A DNA stretch of 63,312 nt, the filler included, from Octopus bimaculoides (Eukaryota): assembly GCF_001194135.2 (NCBI RefSeq). It is 4 parts of 4 records of this genome, joined end to end, with 100 filler letters (N's around TTAATTAATTAA, not from the genome) between each part and the next. Parts side by side here need not be neighbours in the genome. Positions count along the whole stretch, not along the records: positions 35,430 to 61,253 come from NC_068987.1; positions 61,354 to 63,312 come from NW_026375137.1; 2 more parts are not named here. The stretch is one strand, 5' to 3'. The notes under the pieces were generated by a model, which saw nothing but the letters and a program-made list of their open reading frames with translations, was not told where the DNA came from and ran no database searches. Shown here in pieces: positions 53,817 to 63,312 of this stretch. Position 1 is the first letter of the stretch. Each line of letters starts with the position of its first letter. The translations under genes and the position numbers were made by a program.

Positions 53817-54310
53817 TCTTTACTCTTTTACTCTTTTGCTTGATTCAGTCATTTGACTGTGGCCATGCTGGAGCACCGCCTTTAGTCGAGAAAATCGACC
53901 CCAGGACTTATTCTTTGTAAGCCTAGTACTTATTCTATCGGTCTCTTTTACCCGAACCACTAAGTTACTGGGACCTAAACACACTAGCATCGGTTGTCAA
54001 GCGATGTTGGGGGGATAAACACAGACACACAAACATATATATACACACACATATATATACATATATATATACGACGGGCTTCTTTCAGTTTCCGTCTACC
54101 AAATCCACTCACAAGGCTTTGGCAGGCCTGAGACTATAGTAGAAGACACTTGCCCNNNNNNNNNNTTCCGTCTACCAAATCCACTCACAAGGCTTTGGCA
54201 GGCCTGAGACTATAGTAGAAGACACTTGCCCAAGGTGCCACGCAGTGGGACTGAACCCGGAACCATGTGGTTCGTAAGCAAGCTACTTACCACACATCCA
54301 CTCCTACGCC
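53814..54310 (-). mobile_element. SINE family A, full length (contains an assembly overlap duplication)
   Basis: Reverse-complement match; (GAGTAAAA)n tail at 53814-53840; 54090-54155 repeated after a 10-N gap. Confidence 0.9.
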
Positions 54311-54422
54311 TATATATATGTATATTCTTTTACTTGTTTCATTCATTAGACAGCAGCCAGGCTGGGGCACCGCCTTGAAGAATTTTAGTCTAATATATAC
54401 AAGGATCTCACATGGCTATATA

Positions 54423-54461
<39 letters not shown>

Positions 54462-55588
54462 AGGTGCAATGGCCCAATGCTTAGGGTAGCGGACTCGCGG
54501 TCGGAGGATCGCAGTTTCGATTCCCAGATCGGGCGTTGTGTGTGTTTATTGAGCGAAAACACCTAAAACTCTACGAGGCTCCGGCAGAGGTTGGTGGTGA
54601 CCCATGTTGTTACTCTTTCGCCACAACTTTCTCTCACTCTTTCTTCCTGTTTTTTGAGTAACGNNNNNNNNNNNNNNNNNNNNNNNNNNNNNNNNNNNNN
54701 NNNNNNNNNNNNNNNNNNNNNNNNNNNNNNNNNNNNNNNNNNNNNNNNNNNNNNNNNNNNNNNNNNNNNNNNNNNNNNNNNNNNNNNNNNNNNNNNNNNN
54801 NNNNNNNNNNNNNNNNNNNNNNNNNNNNNNNNNNNNNNNNNNNNNNNNNNNNNNNNNNNNNNNNNNNNNNNNNNNNNNNNNNNNNNNNNNNNNNNNNNNN
54901 NNNNNNNNNNNNNNNNNNNNNNNNNNNNNNNNNNNNNNNNNNNNNNNNNNNNNNNNNNNNNNNNNNNNNNNNNNNNNNNNNNNNNNNNNNNNNNNNNNNN
55001 NNNNNNNNNNNNNNNNNNNNNNNNNNNNNNNNNNNNNNNNNNNNNNNNNNNNNNNNNNNNNNNNNNNNNNNNNNNNNNNNNNNNNNNNNNNNNNNNNNNN
55101 NNNNNNNNNNNNNNNNNNNNNNNNNNNNNNNNNNNNNNNNNNNNNNNNNNNNNNNNNNNNNNNNNNNNNNNNNNNNNNNNNNNNNNNNNNNNNNNNNNNN
55201 NNNNNNNNNNNNNNNNNNNNNNNNNNNNNNNNNNNNNNNNNNNNNNNNNNACACACTCATATATGTGTATACACAGACACACATATTTGTGCATACATAC
55301 ATCCATACGTACATACACACATACATTTATATATGCGTAAATACATACAAGCATACATGCGTACACAAACACACACATACACACACAGAAACACTCATAC
55401 ATGTATATACATGTACATACACAGACACACACACACACACATTCGTGCATGCATACATGTATACACACATACACACATATATTCATATATACATACATAC
55501 ATACAAAATACATACAGGCGTACATACGTACATACATTCATACATACATGCATGCATCCATCCATCCATCCATCCAAACATACATACA

Positions 55589-55619
<31 letters not shown>

Positions 55620-56743
55620 GTACATAATATACATAAATACACGCATGTCTATGCGGTTATGTTTCGAGAATGCCTCTAAAATTATAAAACAAATATGGTG
55701 AGATTTATATAGCATACTTGGAAACAGTGAAAAACCATTTCTAGTTATGATCTTAAACACTTCTTTTAACGTGCAATCAAATTATACTCAGATATGTTAT
55801 ATACAAATAACTTTTAAAAGAACCGAAATATATATCAGATAAGATATTCAATATAAATTACGCCAGCTTTTATTACTTCAATTAAAATAACTAAATGACC
55901 TGAGATCAATTGAATATTCTAAACATAATACACGCCGTGTTGTTGAATAGATAAGAAACTCTGTTTTCGTTGAAATAGTTTTATGATGGGTAACGTTAAG
56001 ATCGACAGCAAGCAGTGTAACTTAATATAGAGCGAAAATATTATTTATCAGGATTCAATGTAATGATAGACAAATAAAAGTTCAAATAAGAAATATCCCA
56101 AAATGCATTTTATACACACACACAAGTCCTTCCCGAGCCATAAGCTTTTAAAGCTAGTTTCTCAGATATTGGGACGTACATATTCACTCCTAGGTGGTCT
56201 GTCGCAGAATTACTTATTTTTTGCCAGCTGAGTAGACTGGAGCAACGTGTTTTGCTCAAGAACAGAACGTATCCCCCGTTCCAGGAATCATGAGTGCAAT
56301 CTTCAAAACACTATGCCATGCGCGTTTAGTCATGTGACTAAAACACGTAAAAGAGTAAAAGAATAAAGAGGAAAAACTTTACTTGACATCGGTACGGGTG
56401 CTCGTATGTCTCTCTCTCTCTCTCTCTCTCTCTNNNNNNNNNNNNNNNNNNNNNNNNNNNNNNNNNNNNNNNNNNNNNNNNNNNNNNNNNNNNNNNNNNN
56501 NNNNNNNNNNNNNNNNNNNNNNNNNNNNNNNNNNNNNNNNNNNNNNNNNNNNNNNNNNNNNNNNNNNNNNNNNNNNNNNNNNNNNNNNNNNNNNNNNNNN
56601 NNNNNNNNNNNNNNNNNNNNNNNNNNNNNNNNNNNNNNNNNNNNNNNNNNNNNNNNNNNNNNNNNNNNNNNNNNNNNNNNNNNNNNNNNNNNNNNNNNNN
56701 NNNNNNNNNNNNNNNNNNNNNNNNNNNNNNNNNNNNNNNNNNN

Positions 56744-56801
<58 letters not shown>

Positions 56802-57611
56802 TCTGGAAAGCTTTGTTTCTCAGAGCCAAGCATCTAAATGATGATGAGTGTTTTCTTATTTCTGAGAAGTTTCTGTGTAAAACTACTAAAATATGTTTGC
56901 CTGCTTGTTTGTATGTTTGTTTGTTCATTTGTTTGATTGCACGCGCGTGTGTGTTTGACGACTGATGATTGTGTCTATGGATATACACATACAATTATAT
57001 TTGTGTAGTGTAAAAGTGAAACGCATGTATGTGCGTCTGTCCCCATACTTAGATACAAATGTCTTTTACATGTTAACAACTATTCTTTGTTTCAAGTCTT
57101 AAAACATCCTCTACAGAAATGCATCTATGTGTATGTATGTGCATGCTCAGCAAGTACACAAAGAAATGCATTGCATGGAATAGTTCAGCCGTGGTGTATT
57201 ATATTACTTCTAGTGTGTGCATCTGTCTAGATCAGATCGTTTCTCCCAGACACTGATGACAAATCAGAAATCTAACTGAGATTCTGTGACATGACACCTC
57301 GTTTACATAATTCCTATACAGATAAGCAGGATCAAACCCGTTGGCTACTTGAGCTACGTTCATACTTCGTTTTCCAACTGTAATCTCAGATAACGATTGT
57401 TGTTCACATGCTCCTCTCTCTATCCACCCGTCCACAACCTCACATCCCAGCATCACAAGTATTCGCTCTTCTTTCACTTTCACTTCTTATTGTTTCTCAC
57501 CTGAACTTAAGTATAGGATTTTTTCCAAATACACATGCACAATCCACAAACTCACTCGCGCTCACAGATTCACAAACACACGCACACACACACATACACA
57601 CACACGCGTAT

Positions 57612-57659
<48 letters not shown>

Positions 57660-58645
57660 GTACCACAAAGTGATACACACATTCACACATACATATTCAT
57701 CGATTAACGGTTGCCTAGATAGTAAATAGTCACGCATACGCACACGTGCATTAACACATAGACACACACACNNNNNNNNNNNNNNNNNNNNNNNNNNNNN
57801 NNNNNNNNNNNNNNNNNNNNNNNNNNNNNNNNNNNNNNNNNNNNNNNNNNNNNNNNNNNNNNNNNNNNNNNNNNNNNNNNNNNNNNNNNNNNNNNNNNNN
57901 NNNNNNNNNNNNNNNNNNNNNNNNNNNNNNNNNNNNNNNNNNNNNNNNNNNNNNNNNNNNNNNNNNNNNNNNNNNNNNNNNNNNNNNNNNNNNNNNNNNN
58001 NNNNNNNNNNNNNNNNNNNNNNNNNNNNNNNNNNNNNNNNNNNNNNNNNNNNNNNNNNNNNNNNNNNNNNNNNNNNNNNNNNNNNNNNNNNNNNNNNNNN
58101 NNNNNNNNNNNNNNNNNNNNNNNNNNNNNNNNNNNNNNNNNNNNNNNNNNNNNNNNNNNNNNNNNNNNNNNNNNNNNNNNNNNNNNNNNNNNNNNNNNNN
58201 NNNNNNNNNNNNNNNNNNNNNNNNNNNNNNNNNNNNNNNNNNNNNNNNNNNNNNNNNNNNNNNNNNNNNNNNNNNNNNNNNNNNNNNNNNNNNNNNNNNN
58301 NNNNNNNNNNNNNNNNNNNNNNNNNNNNNNNNNNNNNNNNNNNNNNNNNNNNNNNNNNNNNNNNNNNNNNNNNNNNNNNNNNNNNNNNNNNNNNNNNNNN
58401 NNNNNNNNNNNNNNNNNNNNNNNNNNNNNNNNNNNNNNNNNNNNNNNNNNNNNNNNNNNNNNNNNNNNNNNNNNNNNNNNNNNNNNNNNNNNNNNNNNNN
58501 NNNNNNNNNNNNNNNNNNNNNNNNNNNNGTGTGGGGGACGATCAATAGGGATCGTGTATCACAGTCGATGTAAAAAAACGGGGAACAGATTAGGTTTATC
58601 CGTGGAGAGAAAAGCCTAGATAGATAGATAGACAGATAGATAGAC

Positions 58646-58681
<36 letters not shown>

Positions 58682-60338
58682 TATAAACAGAGCGCGATAG
58701 ACCCAGCGAGATAGATAAATCAATTGAAATAATCGAGTGAATAATAAATCAGACTCGTATCTCAAGTGATGTAAGTTAAGATTTCGTTAGTGCGATTATG
58801 ATTTGTTCCTTGGGCAAATTATTCATTTTACGTCGGTCTTTCTTGTTCTGTTAAGCTGTAAATTATGTATGAATTGTGTTTGCAGCGAGTTATAGTGATG
58901 GCAATCCTGGAGATATTGAGGAGGAAAGTATTCTCGAAAGATAACTGTAGCATATTCGATTAAACAACGCAAAATTGAAACTCATAGATTTAGCAAAGAC
59001 CTGTACTTGTATGCACGCCACGCTAGCAATAACAGTTAAACCTCACTCTCAAATCACAACTTTAGGTTTAAAACAAAAACAAAAAAGAGGAATAAAAGGA
59101 AAATTTAAACAACGGTATAATTACTCTGAAATATTTTCTATTAGTGGCACACTCAATCATGGCTTGGCAAAAACCATTTCTAAAATAGCAACAGATACGA
59201 CAAACATAGTTATGCAATTTAATCCCATTTGAGAAGATCCGAAACTGATAAGTTAGAATAAAAATCGGAATCGAATCATCTAATGCAAAAATCAAGCAGA
59301 ACATGTGGCTTTTACTGAAAAAGGATGATATTGTTTCATCAAATTCGACCATCAATTATATATTTGACTCATACTAATTTTTAATCAACTACATAAAGTT
59401 CAAAAGATATAGATTTGAAATGGGGATATAAATCGGCCTAAGCAAAATCTGCAAGGCGGTGGATTGATGGAACAGTAAAAATGTCGCAGAATTTCTTTCG
59501 TCTCTTTTGTGTTTTGATCGAAAATCCTGAAAGATTTAATCCATCGCCTACCAACTTGTCTGTTTTTAGCCAGAGTCAACTTTGCTGTAGACTAGGCATG
59601 CGCAAAGACTGGGATCGCAAGACTGGATAGAACGCCTAACGGAAAATTACTTTGGATATTTTTTGTTTTCTTTTTTAGGCAGAGCGGTTCTCTTTTCGTA
59701 AAACATTGCCCATTCCTAAAGTAAAGTATGAGGCCAGATCTCCAATCTGAGGGTAACTTCTCCCCCAACCCCTTCCACTAGCCTCGGATGATCTGTAAAG
59801 GATCATAGGCCCTGTTTTACGTCCCAAGTAAAAGATAAAATAAACTTATATACTAAAGATGACAATATCAGTACGAGCCATTCAATGTATACAATCATCT
59901 CTATTCTTTCTCACCACAACCACAGCCACAACCTTTATTGTTGGTAAAGGTTGTCGTACCACAACCTTTACCAACAATACAACTAGAGATAATCACAGTA
60001 TCGCTGTTCATTGTCAGATCTACTAATAATGCAACGATCAACGTCGTTACCTCACTGCATTTCATTTCTTTATTGTCAAAGCTAGTTGATATCGTCTTAA
60101 CAGCCAATCAACACAACAAACGCAACTATAACCACAGCTACTAACCTCATGACTAGCAACAAGAGTTTCTACGAGGTCCGCGACCTGCTAGAAATAGTAA
60201 ACAAATTTCTTTCAAATCAAACATTACCGTTTTTAAAGAGCAAGGACATTGTCGATAATACAGTCCCAGATATACTATGCTTGAAAATACTCTAGAATCA
60301 TAATGGTTGGAATGCCTTTGATTATTATACATTAGTGT

Positions 60339-60717
60339 GGAGGCGCAATGGCCCAGTGTTTAGGCAGCGGACTCGCGGACATAGGATCACGGTTTCGATT
60401 CCCAGACCGGGCGTTCTGAGTGTTTATTGAGCGAAAACACCGAAAGCTCCACGAGGCTCCGGCAGGGGATGGTGGCGAACCCTGCTGTACTCTTCCACCA
60501 CAACTTTCTCTCACTCTTACTTCCTGTTTCTGTTGTGCCTGTAATTCAAAGGGTCAGACTTGTCACACTGTGTCACGCTGAAATTCTCCCCGAGAACTAC
60601 GTTGAGGGTACACGTGTCTGTGGAGTGCTCAGCCACTTGCACGTTAATTTCACGAGTAGGCTGTTCCGTTGATCGGATCAACTGGAACCCTCGACGTCGT
60701 AAGCGACGGAGTGCCAC
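60339..60717 (+). mobile_element. SINE family B, full length
   Basis: Near-identical to 30423-30801. Degenerate TSD tattatacattagtg / tattatacgtcagtg. Inserted at the 3' end of a family-G copy. Confidence 0.9.
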
Positions 60718-61253
60718 TATTATACGTCAGTGCAAATAGCGCTGACTTGGAACTAAGCAAGAATTGTAACAATGCGACGACACTATCAGCAACATCAAAA
60801 CAGTGGCAACATCATCATCTCAACATGATTAGCCATTCGCAATTGTCAGAAAACAGGCAAGAAAACGATTACAGCATACAACAAAGAACGACCGTCACCA
60901 GTATAGCATCCCAACCATTACGGTTGCAAACTCATCTATCAGCATGTCCGCCTATAGTAATACAATAAACCAAACTATATATACATTCTATAATACAAGC
61001 ACTCTTACGTCATTCAATAGGACGCCAACCCCCTCCAGCTTCCCAAGTAACAAAGCCAATACCATTACTATAACTACCTACACCACCACCACCGCCGCCG
61101 CCGCCGCACTCATCGCCACCACCAGCTATAAATGTTATATTAATAAATTTTATAATAACTATATAAATAACGATAATAAAAAATTCATTAAAATTAATAA
61201 CAACGATGACGACAACGACGGTGGTGGTGGTGGTGGTGGTGGTGGTGGTGGTG

Positions 61254-61353
61254 NNNNNNNNNNNNNNNNNNNNNNNNNNNNNNNNNNNNNNNNNNNNTTA
61301 ATTAATTAANNNNNNNNNNNNNNNNNNNNNNNNNNNNNNNNNNNNNNNNNNNN
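61254..61353. other. Synthetic scaffold linker N44-TTAATTAATTAA-N44
   Basis: 12-mer at 61298-61309 flanked by 44 N on each side. Confidence 0.95.
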
Positions 61354-61607
61354 TATATACATATATTGATGGATAGATATAAAGACAGATGAATTAATAT
61401 TAACGTGTGTAGATATGTATACATTTGTGCATGTATATATAAACATATGTGTGTGCATATGCATGTAGCTATATACGTGCAAATCTGTATGTATATACAA
61501 AGTGAGATAGAGAATATATATAGCAATTGTTTGGATTAGAACATAGTGTAAATGGAATATATGTGAAGGATTATGCTATGTTATATTACATTTCATTATA
61601 TTGTAAA

Positions 61608-61667
<60 letters not shown>

Positions 61668-62692
61668 AAATATATATACGCGTCTACGAGTGTGTCAGTG
61701 TTTGAAGGGATGCCATGTTGACGGTTAAAATTGGTATTGACTTTCGATCAATTCTCATTAAANNNNNNNNNNNNNNNNNNNNNNNNNNNNNNNNNNNNNN
61801 NNNNNNNNNNNNNNNNNNNNNNNNNNNNNNNNNNNNNNNNNNNNNNNNNNNNNNNNNNNNNNNNNNNNNNNNNNNNNNNNNNNNNNNNNNNNNNNNNNNN
61901 NNNNNNNNNNNNNNNNNNNNNNNNNNNNNNNNNNNNNNNNNNNNNNNNNNNNNNNNNNNNNNNNNNNNNNNNNNNNNNNNNNNNNNNNNNNNNNNNNNNN
62001 NNNNNNNNNNNNNNNNNNNNNNNNNNNNNNNNNNNNNNNNNNNNNNNNNNNNNNNNNNNNNNNNNNNNNNNNNNNNNNNNNNNNNNNNNNNNNNNNNNNN
62101 NNNNNNNNNNNNNNNNNNNNNNNNNNNNNNNNNNNNNNNNNNNNNNNNNNNNNNNNNNNNNNNNNNNNNNNNNNNNNNNNNNNNNNNNNNNNNNNNNNNN
62201 NNNNNNNNNNNNNNNNNNNNNNNNNNNNNNNNNNNNNNNNNNNNNNNNNNNNNNNNNNNNNNNNNNNNNNNNNNNNNNNNNNNNNNNNNNNNNNNNNNNN
62301 NNNNNNNNNNNNNNNNNNNNNNNNNNNNNNNNNNNNNNNNNNNNNNNNNNNNNNNNNNNNNNNNNNNNNNNNNNNNNNNNNNNNNNNNNNNNNNNNNNNN
62401 NNNNNNNNNNNNNNNNNNNNNNNNNNNNNNNNNNNNNNNNNNNNNNNNNNNNNNNNNNNNNNNNNNNNNNNNNNNNNNNNNNNNNNNNNNNNNNNNNNNN
62501 NNNNNNNNNNNNNNNNNNNNNNNNNNNNNNNNNNNNNNNNNNNNNNNNNNNNNNNNNNNNNNNNNNNNNNNNNNNNNNNNNNNNNNNNNNNNNNNNNNNN
62601 NNNNNNNNNNNNNNNNNNNNNNNNNNNNNNNNNNNNNNNNNNNNNNNNNNNNNNNNNNNNNNNNNNNNNNNNNNNNNNNNNNNNNNNNNNNN

Positions 62693-62739
<47 letters not shown>

Positions 62740-63312
62740 TTCGTGTATCTATATACATGCATGTGTGTGTATGTGTATGCGCGTGTGTATACATATATGT
62801 ATGTAACAAATTAAAAGGGTGGCTTATTAGCAATTAGAACCTGAAGATACAATTAATAGAAGTCACAAAAAACAGTGCTTTAGTGTTGATTTAACTCTTA
62901 TTTCTAGCATAAGCGGTGCTGGCCAGCACCCTCCGTCACTTTTCTGACATCTGTATGTATAAAGAGATATGTGTTTGTGTGTGTGTATGTTTATGTATTT
63001 TTATGGGCATGTATGTACATACACTTATATGCATGTATATATAGTATACATATGCATACATATAGAGAGACGCACACAGTATGTCATCAAATTATTAGAG
63101 AAAAAGGTATATATGTATACTTGTATATATATATGGATATGTATGTATATGCACATGTATATATTTATATACATATATATATATATATGTGTATATATTT
63201 ATACACATATACATATACTTATATACATATCTTCACACACTTACACACAAATATATACATATATGTTTATACACATACACGCACATACATACGTTATACA
63301 TAATATATATAC

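Noticed and set aside
54090-54231. 66-bp direct duplication (likewise around 24358-24367 and 17829-17838)
   Set aside because: The duplicates flank 10-N gaps, the signature of unmerged contig overlaps.
57248-57287. Hammerhead-like CTGATGA...GAAA...TTC
   Set aside because: The 7 nt between the core motifs cannot form stem II and the cleavage triplet is out of register; a simple hairpin explains it.
59593-59718. Possible 126-bp hAT-like MITE (taggcatgcgcaa / ttgcccattccta)
   Set aside because: The TIRs are suggestive but the flanking 8-mers do not form a TSD, and there is no second copy in the window.

Overview
AT-rich, microsatellite- and SINE-saturated metazoan DNA. The repeat families point to an octopus; this is inferred from recalled repeat consensus sequences and was not checked against a database. 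Three identical synthetic 100-bp linkers (N44-TTAATTAATTAA-N44) join four assembly pieces: 1-19440, 19541-35329, 35430-61253 and 61354-63312. Piece 1 holds a minus-strand GRASP/tamalin-CYTIP-like gene that the ORF track misses. It has three phase-compatible exons (17429-17522, 15534-15600, 15094-15160) encoding the C-terminal half of a PDZ domain plus the coiled coil, and a candidate short terminal coding exon (13316-13359). Piece 3 holds a 505-nt minus-strand exon encoding a Gly/Asn/Ser- and Pro/His-rich region (42433-42937) with a probable upstream start exon (43663-43771); the gene is unidentified. The rest is several tRNA-derived SINE families, RTE and R4/Dong LINE relics, a DD37D Tc1/mariner relic, MITEs, minisatellites and simple repeats. 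Best leads: a CpG and TE-family compartment boundary; a structured insert with a hammerhead-like core; an intact two-zinc-finger RTE terminus with a foldback hairpin; a TSD-flanked insertion carrying a copy of nearby DNA; and SINE head/tail swapping. I found no convincing wholly new biological system. Almost all ORF-track entries are translated repeats or run through N gaps.
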